A DNA stretch of 52,842 bases from an archaeon (lineage in GTDB: Archaea; SpSt-1190; DYHY01): NCBI GenBank assembly GCA_037442745.1, contig JBBIPP010000007.1, forward strand, positions 1 through 52,842, in the 5' to 3' direction. Below are positions 18,279 to 28,586 of this stretch, piece after piece. How positions within the stretch are numbered: position 1 is the stretch's first letter; every line of letters starts with the position of its first letter. The notes under the pieces are model-generated. The model was not told the origin of the DNA and searched no databases. It saw only the letters and a program-made list of their open reading frames with translations. The position numbers and the translations under genes were made by a program.

Positions 18279-20531
18279 ATGGTGGCAAAGGTCTTTTCCC
18301 ATATGAAATTAGTGGTAATTCTGGCGTTCGTTCTCTCGGCAGTCATTTTCCTTCCGGCATTTTCATCGACCCTATCGTGCTCTACTGCGTGCTCGGCCGA
18401 AAGCCTCTGCGAATGCACTGTTACTCCATGCGACTCTGGTCTATTAGTTGTCACGAACGGCTCGGCCGAAAGACAGCCAATAGGCGCCTTTTCCGTCCTG
18501 AACGGAAAAGTCTCTTTCTATTCACCTTCAAAAGGGACTTATTATGCCCAGGCCAGGTGCGGAGATGACCTCTCAAACGTTCTCCAGATAGAGGCCGGGG
18601 ATAAACCCCCAATCCATACCTGCACCTGTACGGATTATGCTAATATTGGGTGCGGAATGTCCTCCTGCCCGACGGATCAGATGCTCCGGGAGCGAACATG
18701 CACTCCTTCAGGATGCGACACCCAGTCGACCTGCGCATATTCATCTCTTTGCATAGGCGGAACAACTAGCACTGTTACTACAATTCCCTATAACTGGACA
18801 ACTCCCCAGGCCTGTGGCGACAAAATATGCTCGTCCGGAGAGAATTATTTGAACTGCTGTACCGACTGCGCCGGTTGCGAAAGGAGCTCTTGCTCCGCAT
18901 CAACTAGGATTTGCTCGGCGAAATACGACCTAATAATAGAAATGCCATCGACAATTTACAAGAGCTCCCAGTTTCTCCTGTCGACAAAGTCAGTTATCGA
19001 CCGCTCGACTAACAAGCCGGTAGACGCATATACCCTCTGCTGGCAGGCATATTGCGAAGGGAACCTAGCGGATGTCCTCGGATGCAACAAAAACGTCTTT
19101 TCAATCAAGCCCGAGGCCAAGTGCGTTGACACCTTGACCGGGCTTCTCTCAGTCTCCGGAACTCTCTATCAATACGATTATTCCGTGAAATACCTGACCC
19201 AGCTGAAAATCTCTTCAGCAGTATTCCCTTCTGAGTATGTCCTAAAGGCCGGAGATTCACTCTCTGCGTTCTCGCTCTCCCTCACTAACCTCGGGTCCGA
19301 GGCGGTTGAGCTGAAAGTCAAGTCTCTTTCCCAAGGGGTAACGATAAATTCTACGAAGTCAGAGCTGACTTTTTCGATCCCTGCCGGAGCGACCGAGAAA
19401 CTCGATTTGCATGCCCCTGCTGTTGCGGGCGAGTATTCCGTCTCAATAGGAGATTCGGCAGGCTCAGGCGAAGTCCAGACACAGAAACTAAAAGTCGTCT
19501 CCGAAGCGTTCTCAACCGGAGCGGTTCCCGAGCTTGTTCTTTCAAGGAACCCGCCCTATTCAATAGAGCCAGGAGGCTCCTTTGAGCTTGTCGCAACTGT
19601 CAAGAACGGAGGGAATTCTCCCGGAGGGTTTTCCCTCTATGCAAAGGGTTCTGCCGCTTCCGCTGTTTCTTTCTCAGAGTCCCAAATGACTCTCGCAGCC
19701 GGGGAGGAAAAAGGGGTATCGCTCAAGATTTCCCCGACATTCTCCTCCGACGGGCAGTACAGCTTGTCAATTTGCGCATCCTCAGACAGCGGAACGGAGA
19801 AATGCATCCCAGGAACGCTTGAGATAACCCAGGCGACAGGAGGGCTCTTTGACTTTACACTCTCCCGGGAAAGTGTTGAGATGGGGGTTGAAGATTCCCC
19901 TGTGGAAGTCGGAGTGAACGTTGTCTCGCGTTCGACCATGACAAGAAGCGTGCGAATGCTTTTCGAGAGCAGCTGTCCTGTCGGCGTAATAACCGAGGGA
20001 TCGTTCCTCAACTCTTCGATTATATCCCTTGAGAGCGGTTCCTACTCGAACGCGTTCAAGGTGAATTCACTCGGAAAGACGGTGTCCTGCACCCTTGCCT
20101 TGACACTCTCTGACAATTCTGGAAGCGTAAAGAAAATGCTCGAGGTCTCAATAGCTCCCTCCGCATCAGATGTCACAAAAGTGGCGGATATTGCGAGCGG
20201 AGCCCAGACAAAAATAAGCCAGGCAGAGTCGGAACTGAAGAAGATTACTTCTGCCGGAAAGGACGGCAGTGCGGTCGAATCCGCAGTGGCGAGTGCTAGG
20301 AACGCCCTTTCAGCGTGCATGGCTGAACTGAACAAGAGGAAATACGACTCTGCGGACGTTCTCTGCAAGAATGCTCTTGATTCGGCTAACGGAGCTCTTG
20401 CTGTCGCAAGATATACTGAAGAGGCATACGGTCTTGAGCCTCCGGCTGGGAACCTCAACACATACGTAATTGCGGGCGTTGTAGTTGTCCTAGTGGGCGC
20501 GGCAATGCTGACTTTTGGAAGAATTGTCTAG
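18279..20531 (+). CDS. secreted membrane-anchored surface protein (Cys-rich N-terminus, Ig-like beta domains, helical stalk, C-terminal TM)
   Basis: Signal peptide, CGDKICSSGENYLNCCTDC motif, ATVKNGG-type Ig repeats, hydrophobic C-terminus. Confidence 0.8.
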   Translation: MVAKVFSHMKLVVILAFVLSAVIFLPAFSSTLSCSTACSAESLCECTVTPCDSGLLVVTNGSAERQPIGAFSVLNGKVSFYSPSKGTYYAQARCGDDLSNVLQIEAGDKPPIHTCTCTDYANIGCGMSSCPTDQMLRERTCTPSGCDTQSTCAYSSLCIGGTTSTVTTIPYNWTTPQACGDKICSSGENYLNCCTDCAGCERSSCSASTRICSAKYDLIIEMPSTIYKSSQFLLSTKSVIDRSTNKPVDAYTLCWQAYCEGNLADVLGCNKNVFSIKPEAKCVDTLTGLLSVSGTLYQYDYSVKYLTQLKISSAVFPSEYVLKAGDSLSAFSLSLTNLGSEAVELKVKSLSQGVTINSTKSELTFSIPAGATEKLDLHAPAVAGEYSVSIGDSAGSGEVQTQKLKVVSEAFSTGAVPELVLSRNPPYSIEPGGSFELVATVKNGGNSPGGFSLYAKGSAASAVSFSESQMTLAAGEEKGVSLKISPTFSSDGQYSLSICASSDSGTEKCIPGTLEITQATGGLFDFTLSRESVEMGVEDSPVEVGVNVVSRSTMTRSVRMLFESSCPVGVITEGSFLNSSIISLESGSYSNAFKVNSLGKTVSCTLALTLSDNSGSVKKMLEVSIAPSASDVTKVADIASGAQTKISQAESELKKITSAGKDGSAVESAVASARNALSACMAELNKRKYDSADVLCKNALDSANGALAVARYTEEAYGLEPPAGNLNTYVIAGVVVVLVGAAMLTFGRIV

Positions 20532-20549
20532 CTGGGGGAGAGCTGACAT

Positions 20550-21314
20550 TTGACTGGGAAAGCGGCCGGGAAAATTCTCCTATTTTCCCTCGTTTTCCTT
20601 TTCCTTTCAACCTACTTTGGGTTCTCCTATATGAAGATAGAGCCCTCCTTTGCTAGCCTCGCTGTATCCAACAAGTCAGTCGACTTTCAGATAACAATAA
20701 TTTCAGAGCCCGGTGAGTCTAACCGTGTAGTGACCCTCTCCGCCGAATGGCCGGTTGAAGGGGAGCTCTCTTGGACGCAAAGGCAGATGATTGTAGGAAC
20801 TCGCCAATCAACGAGAATCTCCCTGACTCCCCGCACTCCCGGGGAACACTATCTTAAGCTCTCACTCTCGGGCGACGGAGTCCTGCCTCTTGAGGAATAC
20901 GCGCAAGTGACTGTCGTCTCTCCCGAAGCCGGAAAGAAGGTTTCTGACGAGCTCTCCGACTTTAAGAAGAGAATTGCCTCGGCCGAGAGGAAGCTCTCCG
21001 GGCTCTCTGAAAAGGCGTCCCAAAAGACTGTTGACCTGTTCGTTGAGACGAATTCAAGCATAGGCTTTGCGGAGCAGTTTTATTCGGAAGGAAGGCAGAC
21101 TTTGGCTGAGAACGCCCTCTCGGTTGCTCGGACGAATATGCCATCCCTCGAGGCCAGCCTCTCGGAGGAGGAAAAAAAGCACGGGATCTTTTCACTTGAT
21201 ATCGGCTTCCTTCCTTCATGGGCAAAGACGGTTTCATTCGACCTCATTATCCTGATAGTAATAGTTTCCATTATGATCGCCCTCTCCGCCAAGACTTTTC
21301 TTTTCTTGAAATGA
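20550..21314 (+). CDS. membrane-anchored protein (Ig-like domain + helical stalk + TM)
   Basis: Hydrophobic N- and C-termini; co-oriented with the upstream surface protein. Confidence 0.75.
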   Translation: MTGKAAGKILLFSLVFLFLSTYFGFSYMKIEPSFASLAVSNKSVDFQITIISEPGESNRVVTLSAEWPVEGELSWTQRQMIVGTRQSTRISLTPRTPGEHYLKLSLSGDGVLPLEEYAQVTVVSPEAGKKVSDELSDFKKRIASAERKLSGLSEKASQKTVDLFVETNSSIGFAEQFYSEGRQTLAENALSVARTNMPSLEASLSEEEKKHGIFSLDIGFLPSWAKTVSFDLIILIVIVSIMIALSAKTFLFLK

Positions 21315-21325
21315 GCCTCCTCTTC

Positions 21326-22822
21326 TCAGCCGAGGAATTTCCTGAAATTTGCCGCCCGTAGGGACAGGTCGACTAGCATTTCCTTTCCTTCGTCTAATGC
21401 CTTCCTGCCCATTTTCCTTATTGCCGAGCGTATTTTTCCGGAAATCTCAATATGCCCTTCCTCGGGTTCAATGTCAACAAGGTCAGAGAGTTTCCTTGCT
21501 AACCTCTTCCCAATGAAAGTGCCTTTGGAAAAGTCCGCGAATTTGGCGGCTTCTGCAATGTCGGGGAAAATGTTCGGATAGAAGCGCTCGAGGAAGGAGA
21601 GTTCTGACGACTCGAGAGTATCAAAAGCAACCAGTTCAGGAGGGAATCCTAGGGAATAGAGGGCTCCTGTGAATTTTATTGCCCTCGGAAGCTTTTTTTT
21701 CCCGACGCTCCTGGAATATCCCCATATTCCGACATGGAGCTTTCTCTTTCTCCTGTCGGGTATTGTCTCGGAAGCAACATTTATTCTGTCAGCAAGCCGG
21801 AGAATCTGCTTTTGGTAGCTTGCTGAATATTTGTCAAAAATCCTTCTTAGCTCGCGTTCGTCGGAATCCGAGAGCGCCTCCGCTCTTCCGGACGCAGTCC
21901 CGTCTAGCTCTTCGACGCCCCTTCTCGCTTCCCCTGGAAAATAATCGTACTTGAATGCAGACTGTATTGTATAAGTCTCAACGCTCGGATATTCCCTCAA
22001 AGTCTCCTTCACCCTCAATGGGGACAAGCCCCCCCTAAAGACGCACGAGCCGACCCCTATTATCGGATGTATTTTGACTCCCGAATCTTTTGACACCCCT
22101 TCCAGCTTTGCTAGGGCGATTTTGGCGAGTATTACAGCTCCCAAAAGGCCATAGTTCATTGCGGGATCTGACCTTGCCAGAAAGACCCTTTGGTATTGCG
22201 GATTTTTGTCAGAGAGATATTCCTTCACAACTTTTCCGATTTTAGCCAGCCTCTCCTTGTCCTCAAAGAGCGGGATTACTGAGACTTGCTTTGGGTTGAA
22301 TTCCCCGATCCAGTCCGAGACACGCTCGTTTCCTATCTTGAGGTTGCCTTTCGCTCCGACAAACTGCCGATAATAGTTGTGTATTTTGTTGAGCGCCCAA
22401 GCGGAGGTTGTCATCGGAAGGATTATCTCAAATATCGGGGCAGGGGAATCCTTGCCGTAAAAGAGCCGGGCGGTGTCAAATGACCTGGGGACGCTCTCAA
22501 GAGTCTCGAGGAGTATCTTCGCCTCGCTTTTTTCGAATTCCGGATTAGGGACCCTTGGCGTTATGAAAACGTCCTTTCCTATTACAGTCTCCCTGAAGAA
22601 CTCCGGGTATTTTGAGAGGAGCTTTTTTATGACGAAACTGTCAACTTCTTTCCCCTCATAATCCCACATCTGTTCGGTGCATCCGATGTTTGAGAACGCA
22701 TAGTAAGTCTCCCGTATTTCGTCATCCCCTCCAATAACCGGCCTTTCTGAGAAAAATGGTATTGCAACGTTGTCTGGATGCTGCGTGCTCATTGTCCGCG
22801 GTATTCTGATTTTTGCCATCAC
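21326..22822 (-). CDS. ppcA: archaeal-type phosphoenolpyruvate carboxylase
   Basis: IPRTMSTQHPDN, QMWDYEGK, RVFLARSDPAMNYG, FRGGL, LPRAIKFT. Confidence 0.96.
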   Translation of the reverse strand: MMAKIRIPRTMSTQHPDNVAIPFFSERPVIGGDDEIRETYYAFSNIGCTEQMWDYEGKEVDSFVIKKLLSKYPEFFRETVIGKDVFITPRVPNPEFEKSEAKILLETLESVPRSFDTARLFYGKDSPAPIFEIILPMTTSAWALNKIHNYYRQFVGAKGNLKIGNERVSDWIGEFNPKQVSVIPLFEDKERLAKIGKVVKEYLSDKNPQYQRVFLARSDPAMNYGLLGAVILAKIALAKLEGVSKDSGVKIHPIIGVGSCVFRGGLSPLRVKETLREYPSVETYTIQSAFKYDYFPGEARRGVEELDGTASGRAEALSDSDERELRRIFDKYSASYQKQILRLADRINVASETIPDRRKRKLHVGIWGYSRSVGKKKLPRAIKFTGALYSLGFPPELVAFDTLESSELSFLERFYPNIFPDIAEAAKFADFSKGTFIGKRLARKLSDLVDIEPEEGHIEISGKIRSAIRKMGRKALDEGKEMLVDLSLRAANFRKFLG

Positions 22823-23000
22823 TTTGTTTCAATGTCTCCTATTTATTAACCGTTCGAGGATAAAATAATCTTTTGTAAGGAATTTACTGAATTTTTCCAA
22901 CATTTTTTTTATTTCTGAGAAAATTGGCCGAGGGCGCCTTGAGTCAGGTCTTCCCAAGGAATAGATTCTTGACTGGAGAAACATCTTGCCATCCTGCGGA

Positions 23001-23075
23001 TGGCGCCTTGAGCAGGAATCGAACCTGCGACCTAGTGGTTAACAGCCACTCGCTCTACCGCTGAGCTATCAAGGC
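23001..23075 (-). tRNA. tRNA-Asn(GTT), CCA encoded
   Basis: GCCTTGA...TCAAGGCGCCA; anticodon arm AGTGG-CTGTTAA-CCACT. Confidence 0.97.
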
Positions 23076-23321
23076 AACTGGTTGAGAATGCAAAAACGCC
23101 TTTATAATAATTACCCGGCTCACTTCCGGCATCCCCGAGGAAAAGGGCTTTTCCATCTGAACGAATAAACTTCCTTGTACTGCTTTTTCTCATACATATA
23201 CGGGAAATTCTCACGCGTTGCCTAAATTACGAGGTCTGGACTCCATCATTCTCAGAATACAGGATTGAGAAATTTGGAACGTAATAAATGCGCCAAATTT
23301 TCCCCACCCTGTTTATATTTG

Positions 23322-23391
23322 TTCGCATATCGTATAAATATTACGAATAACGTATTTTACGAAGATAATTAAGGAAAAAACGATTATCGTA
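23322..23391. promoter_or_regulatory. three Lrp-type operator sites upstream of the Lrp gene
   Basis: TTCGcatatCGTA 23322, TACGaataaCGTA 23342, AACGattatCGTA 23379. Confidence 0.6.
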
Positions 23392-23410
23392 GGAAGGATA
23401 ACGCCACGAA

Positions 23411-23812
23411 ATGGCAAAGGACTTGGACAAGAAAGACAGGGAAATACTGGAAATTCTCAAGGCGGACGGTCGCAGGGGGTTTGTCTCAATCGGGAAAGCG
23501 GTTGGCTTGACTGAAGGGGCTGTTCGGGCGCGGGTCAAAAGAATGGTCAGGGAAGGGACAATTGATTGTTTCTCGGCAATAGTTAAATCAACTTTCAAGG
23601 CGCTTGTCCTGGCAAAGCTCTCTCCCAAGCTAGCCAAAGGGGCAATAGGCACAATACGCGCGTTCTCAAGGGAGATTTTCGAGACCTCCGGCAACTATGA
23701 CTTGGTTGTTTTAGTTGAGGCGGATTCCCTTGAAGGGATAAACAGGGCGGTCGACAAAATCCGTGCTGTTCGGGGAGTTGTTTCTACCAATACCCTCCTG
23801 AAGCTCGCCTAG
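23411..23812 (+). CDS. Lrp/AsnC-family transcriptional regulator
   Basis: LDKKDREILEILKADGR...VGLTEGAVRARVKRM HTH; ETSGNYDL RAM domain. Confidence 0.93.
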   Translation: MAKDLDKKDREILEILKADGRRGFVSIGKAVGLTEGAVRARVKRMVREGTIDCFSAIVKSTFKALVLAKLSPKLAKGAIGTIRAFSREIFETSGNYDLVVLVEADSLEGINRAVDKIRAVRGVVSTNTLLKLA

Positions 23813-23870
23813 GGAAGCTTCCGAAAAAAGCAAGAGATATAACCAGCCCGGCTCTTGAATTGAATTAAGA

Positions 23871-24572
23871 ATGGCTCAGAAAAACAGGAATCCTCCTGTT
23901 GCATCCACCCAGACTAATTGCCTCGCCTCAATACAAAAGAGAGTTGATTCCGAGATATATTCGAACCTCCTGCTGGAGGAAGCCCTCCTATCCGGAATTG
24001 CGAATTTCCGCTCAATTGCAAGGAAGCTCTCAAAGAAACTCCCCGGAGCGAAGATTGAGGCAATTGCCGTAGCTGTCCGGAGGCATTTCGAGAAGGAATC
24101 AGGCGAAAGAAAGTCGGCGGAGGACGCGCTTCTCCGCCTTTTGGCGAAATCGAAAATAAAGGCGACGACCGAGGTCGCTGACTTTACCCTTGAAGCCGGC
24201 GAGCGAACAGTCGCCAAGGTCTCGGAAATTATGAGGAAAATCAGCCCTAGGAAGGGCGATATATTCAGGTTCGTTTCCGGTCACAGAGCGTCGACACTGG
24301 TGGTTGACATGGAGAACTATTCCGCAGTAAAGAGGCTTGCTAGGGGCCTGATTATTAGGGAGAGGCCGAACGTCTCGGAGATTGCAATAATAACTGACAG
24401 CCAAGTAGAAGAGACTTTGGGATGGGTCGCCTTGGTCTCAAGGCTGATTGCGAGAAACGGCATAAACATGATAGAGACATTTTCCTGCTATACTGAGACA
24501 ATAATAATTGTCGAGGAGAAGGATGCCGGAAAAGTGGTGGAAATACTCTCTTCCGGGAAAAGAAGGCGCTGA
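23871..24572 (+). CDS. ACT-domain-containing protein
   Basis: GIANFRSIARK, GWVALVSRLIARNGINMIETFSCYTE. Confidence 0.8.
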   Translation: MAQKNRNPPVASTQTNCLASIQKRVDSEIYSNLLLEEALLSGIANFRSIARKLSKKLPGAKIEAIAVAVRRHFEKESGERKSAEDALLRLLAKSKIKATTEVADFTLEAGERTVAKVSEIMRKISPRKGDIFRFVSGHRASTLVVDMENYSAVKRLARGLIIRERPNVSEIAIITDSQVEETLGWVALVSRLIARNGINMIETFSCYTETIIIVEEKDAGKVVEILSSGKRRR

Positions 24573-24594
24573 ATCGCGCCTTTCCCGAGGGAAG

Positions 24595-25803
24595 ATGTTA
24601 AATTCCCTAGAAACTTCCGACCTCAAAGAGATGCTTCCCGAAAACTCCCTGTTCGCAGACCTCCATATTCATTCCAACAAGTGCGGGAATGCCTCAAAGC
24701 CCGGGGATATTTCGCGCCTTGCGGAAATTGCAAGGAGAAAGGGACTTTCGATTTTGGGAACCGGCGACCTGACGAACAAAAAGTGGAGGGAAATAGTCTA
24801 TTCGGAGACCGCCGAATCGGACGGCCTCCAATATTCCGGAAATTTTCCGTTCGTCCTCTCAGTAGAGGTTGCGACAAATGACAAGAGCCACCATCTGCTC
24901 ATACTTCCGGACAGGGCGACCGCAGACGCGCTCTTTTCTGAATTATCAGCTTTCGGGAAAATAGAGAAAATGGGCCGGCCCTTCCTTTCCCTCCCATCAA
25001 AGGAGCTCGCCCGCCTCGTTTTTTCAGTTTCCGGAAAAATCGAGCTGATTCCTGCCCATGTCTGGACTCCCCATTTTGGCCTATTCGGTGAAGGTGCGCA
25101 TTACAATTCCCTTGAGGACGCTTTCGGAGAATTCTCAGGAAAAATACGCTCAATAGAGACAGGGCTCTCTTCGAACCCGGAGATGAACAGGAGGATTGGC
25201 TTTCTCAATGGAAGGACAATTCTCTCTTTTTCCGACTGCCACGCCCACACTCTTTTGAGAATAGGGAGGGAGGCGACTGCTTTCCCGAAAATCCAATCAT
25301 ATCGGGAAATTCTCTCCTCAATAAGGAAGAACAGGACACTTGGAACAGTCGAGGTTTTCCCCGAATTCGGGAAATACCATTTCTCCGGTCACAGGGACTG
25401 CGAAATATCCCTTTCGCCCGAAAGCGAGAAAAAAGAAAAAGGAATCTGCCCAAAATGCAACAAATCCCTGACCCGGGGCGTGGAAGCTAGGGTAACTGAG
25501 CTTCAGGAAAAGAGCAGGGGGATTTTCGAGAAGGCCACAGTCAACACTCTTCCGATACCGGAGCTCGCGTCCGTTGCCTTGGGAACGGGAGTCTGCTCTA
25601 AAAAAGTCCTCTCAATCCAGAATTCCCTTGTTGAAAAGTTCGGTTCAGAGCTCTCTGCCCTGCTCTTTGCGCCTGAGGAAAAGCTTTCAGAGGCCGACCC
25701 GAAGGTTGCGAGGGCAATTGTTGCCTGCAGGGAAGGCAAAGTGTCCCTGACTCCGGGGTTTGACGGCGTCTACGGAAAGCTGGCTTTCCAAGGCCTAAGG
25801 TAG
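24595..25803 (+). CDS. endonuclease Q family PHP-domain protein (TIGR00375-like)
   Basis: ADLHIHS, LGTGD, PAHVWTPHFG, ETGLSS, SFSDCH, GKYHFSGHRDC, CPKC, PGFDGVYG. Confidence 0.92.
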   Translation: MLNSLETSDLKEMLPENSLFADLHIHSNKCGNASKPGDISRLAEIARRKGLSILGTGDLTNKKWREIVYSETAESDGLQYSGNFPFVLSVEVATNDKSHHLLILPDRATADALFSELSAFGKIEKMGRPFLSLPSKELARLVFSVSGKIELIPAHVWTPHFGLFGEGAHYNSLEDAFGEFSGKIRSIETGLSSNPEMNRRIGFLNGRTILSFSDCHAHTLLRIGREATAFPKIQSYREILSSIRKNRTLGTVEVFPEFGKYHFSGHRDCEISLSPESEKKEKGICPKCNKSLTRGVEARVTELQEKSRGIFEKATVNTLPIPELASVALGTGVCSKKVLSIQNSLVEKFGSELSALLFAPEEKLSEADPKVARAIVACREGKVSLTPGFDGVYGKLAFQGLR

Positions 25804-26877
25804 GAAATCTTTCTTCTTAATTTTCGTCGGGAGATACTCCTCCGAGACGAACTTCAAGTGCCTGCTAGCAAGGGCTTCCTGCTCGGCCTTGATTTTCCTC
25901 TCAACCATTGTCTTTAGCTCCTCTTGCCACTCCTTTGCCGCAAACCACGGATATTTCAGCATTTCCCGCGTCCTTTTCAGGTCCTGGTCTGTCGCCCTTA
26001 TTGTGTATTTCTCAAGGCCATAGTTCTCAATGTCAGCCATTGTCAGGCCAATGAATTTGGCGGAAGGGGTTGCGAACTCTTCTGATGCGTGCGCAAGGTT
26101 GATTGACCCGCTTTTTATGACTGAATAGATGTAGTATCCGTAAGCGTCGGCGTCAGTGAAAACGTAGACCGGGAGGCTCGTCTTCTGGTGGAGATTGTGT
26201 ATAAGGCGCTTCGTTCCTCTGGCCGCCTGCCCGTGCGTCCCGACAAGAATGCAGTCGTGCTTTTCCCAGAACCTGTCCTCGTTTAGCCTGTCGAATGTTG
26301 CGTTCTTCTCGACAACCATGACGAACTTGGCGTCAACCTTCTTTATCTTGATGTCTTCAACGTTCGAAGGGACTGACCATCCCCCGCTCCCCAGTTTCGA
26401 CCAGTCGATTGTGTCGCCCCTGTCCGAAATTATCACTTTTCCAGCAGCAACGCCTGAGCGGTCCGCGTTCAGGTGGAGCTGTTCCCTTAGGATGTCTAGC
26501 ATTACCTCAAGGTCGACAATAATCGGGTCCGATTCCCCCTGCTCTTCGAACGTGTTCTCGTGAGTCCCCGCAATGTTTCTTTTCAGGGAATAATAAGCTT
26601 CCCTGATTGACGCGTGTATGTCGTGCTCGACCAGTTCCTTGCAGAACGAGGAGACGAGCATTGTCTGCATGAACTTTCTCGCGTGCGCCACGTTGACGAA
26701 ATATCTCTTCGATTCCTGGCTACCGAGGGAGAGCGTTTTTTTCTCCTTGTTGAATTTGACGTTCGAGAGAGCCCTGACTGGTATTGAGACATACGGATTC
26801 TCCCCTTTTCTTATCTGTTCGGAGACTTCTCTTCCCAGTTTTTCAAGCTTTTGGACTATTGGGTTCTTGTCAGCCAT
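25795..26877 (-). CDS. top6A: DNA topoisomerase VI subunit A
   Basis: SIREAYY (catalytic Tyr), EQGESD, VVEK, TDADAYG, KAEQEAL. Confidence 0.97.
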   Translation of the reverse strand: MADKNPIVQKLEKLGREVSEQIRKGENPYVSIPVRALSNVKFNKEKKTLSLGSQESKRYFVNVAHARKFMQTMLVSSFCKELVEHDIHASIREAYYSLKRNIAGTHENTFEEQGESDPIIVDLEVMLDILREQLHLNADRSGVAAGKVIISDRGDTIDWSKLGSGGWSVPSNVEDIKIKKVDAKFVMVVEKNATFDRLNEDRFWEKHDCILVGTHGQAARGTKRLIHNLHQKTSLPVYVFTDADAYGYYIYSVIKSGSINLAHASEEFATPSAKFIGLTMADIENYGLEKYTIRATDQDLKRTREMLKYPWFAAKEWQEELKTMVERKIKAEQEALASRHLKFVSEEYLPTKIKKKDFLP

Positions 26878-26882
26878 TCTAT

Positions 26883-28586
26883 CTATTCATCCTCCTCTTT
26901 CTCTTCTTGAGCGTTCTTTTCGAGCGCCGCCTCCTCTTCCTCCTCGAACTCATTGCTCTTCAGCCTAGATGAGACTAGTTTCTGGAGCTTGTCTTTAAGC
27001 GTTCCTTCAGCAGTTCCGGAGAGCTTTGAGACAGCCTTCGCAATCTCGGGAATGTATTTGTTGAAGAGGTCGCGTCTCCTCTGCTTCATCTGCTCCCTTC
27101 TGACTCCGGCAAGGTGGCTCTTCAACTTCCTTCCGGCATCCATCAGGGCGAACCGGAGTTCGGCCATAATGTCATCGTCCTCTGAAAGCGCCTGTTTTCC
27201 CGCGGAAGTGTAGGGGACATGGGGTGAGATGAAATTTACAATTACCGTTATTGGCGAATTCTCAAAGTCAGTTATGTGGTATCTTTTCCACTCGACCGAC
27301 TTGACTGCATTAGTTATTGCGCACCCTCCGGCGTCGAAAAGGAGAGGCACCCTGTTTGTGAACCTCATTATCTCGGAAACTTTTCCCGATTTGGCTCGCC
27401 CGTCCTCCTTTATTGTAACCTGCCTTCCAGCTTCCCCCTCATAGGCAAGGCCTACTTCCACCTGAAAAGGGATTCCCCCCCTGAAAACGGACGGGGCTCT
27501 TGTTACAACCGAGTAGAAGTTGGGTTTGAGAATGTTCTTAAGGGACTCTTCGACCCTCTCCTCTCCTATTGGGACGAGGCCTTCGGTCGACGGGGAGACG
27601 AATTTCACCTCTTTGAACGCCCTGACAATCCTCTCGGCCTGCTGGTGCGTCATTCCTTTCGGGTCTGCCGAAAAGTCGAGGCCTGAGCAGAGCTTTTCAA
27701 CTTCCGCGGCCTTGCCTGAGGAGACTCTTGAGAGTTCTGTTGAGAGGAATGTCGATATTTTCCGGGCATCTGTATTGATTGCAAGGCCACGAAGATCGTC
27801 AGCAGATATCCCGAGAGGATGGGGCTTCATTTCTACCGGCTTTGGAGGAATCTTCTTTGCGCTCCTATCGAAGACGACAACGTTTCCGTCCGGCTCCTTT
27901 AGGGATATTTTCGCATGCGGGTTCGCCATAGCAGTCCTCCGTAGATACTCAAGGACACCTTGCTCGGACTTTTGATAGAGGACATCCTTGTAATGGGCAA
28001 TGACCTTCGTTCCCCTCCACTTGCCCTTGGACTTTAGCATCTGGTAGATAATCGGCTCGTTCTTTTTCACGTCAATGTCCATCACTGCCGTGACAATTGT
28101 TCCGTTCCCGGTGGAAGTGATTATTTTTATCGGCTGACCTGTTGTAATGTGCGCGAACATTATTGCCCCGACCGAGCCAATTCCTTGCTGACCCCTCGAT
28201 TGGATGTATCGGTGGAACTTTGTCCCGGAAAGCATTTTCCCGAGGAGCTTTGGAATGTAGCTCTCAGGAATACCTGTCCCGTTGTCCTGTATTGAGACTA
28301 CCATATCCCTCTCTCCAAGGCTCTCAAGTTCGACCGCTATTTCTGGAAGAATGTTTCCCTCCTCGCACGCATCAAGGCCGTTTGTAACGAATTCGTGGAC
28401 AATTGTCGTGAGGTTTTTCAGGGGCCCGGCATATCCGAGCATGTGGAGGTTTCTTCTGAAGAATTCCGCAACATTCGATTCCTTGTAGGTTTTCTGGAAG
28501 AACTCCTCTGAATCGAATTCGCTAGTGCTGTCCGAAATCCTTTCCTTGGCGCCCTCTTTGTTCACGCCCTTTCCTTCTGCCACCAT
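26883..28586 (-). CDS. top6B: DNA topoisomerase VI subunit B
   Basis: EFVTNGLDA, DNGTGI, QSRGQQGIG, RFTNRVPLLF, VPYTSAGKQ. Confidence 0.97.
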   Translation of the reverse strand: MVAEGKGVNKEGAKERISDSTSEFDSEEFFQKTYKESNVAEFFRRNLHMLGYAGPLKNLTTIVHEFVTNGLDACEEGNILPEIAVELESLGERDMVVSIQDNGTGIPESYIPKLLGKMLSGTKFHRYIQSRGQQGIGSVGAIMFAHITTGQPIKIITSTGNGTIVTAVMDIDVKKNEPIIYQMLKSKGKWRGTKVIAHYKDVLYQKSEQGVLEYLRRTAMANPHAKISLKEPDGNVVVFDRSAKKIPPKPVEMKPHPLGISADDLRGLAINTDARKISTFLSTELSRVSSGKAAEVEKLCSGLDFSADPKGMTHQQAERIVRAFKEVKFVSPSTEGLVPIGEERVEESLKNILKPNFYSVVTRAPSVFRGGIPFQVEVGLAYEGEAGRQVTIKEDGRAKSGKVSEIMRFTNRVPLLFDAGGCAITNAVKSVEWKRYHITDFENSPITVIVNFISPHVPYTSAGKQALSEDDDIMAELRFALMDAGRKLKSHLAGVRREQMKQRRRDLFNKYIPEIAKAVSKLSGTAEGTLKDKLQKLVSSRLKSNEFEEEEEAALEKNAQEEKEEDE

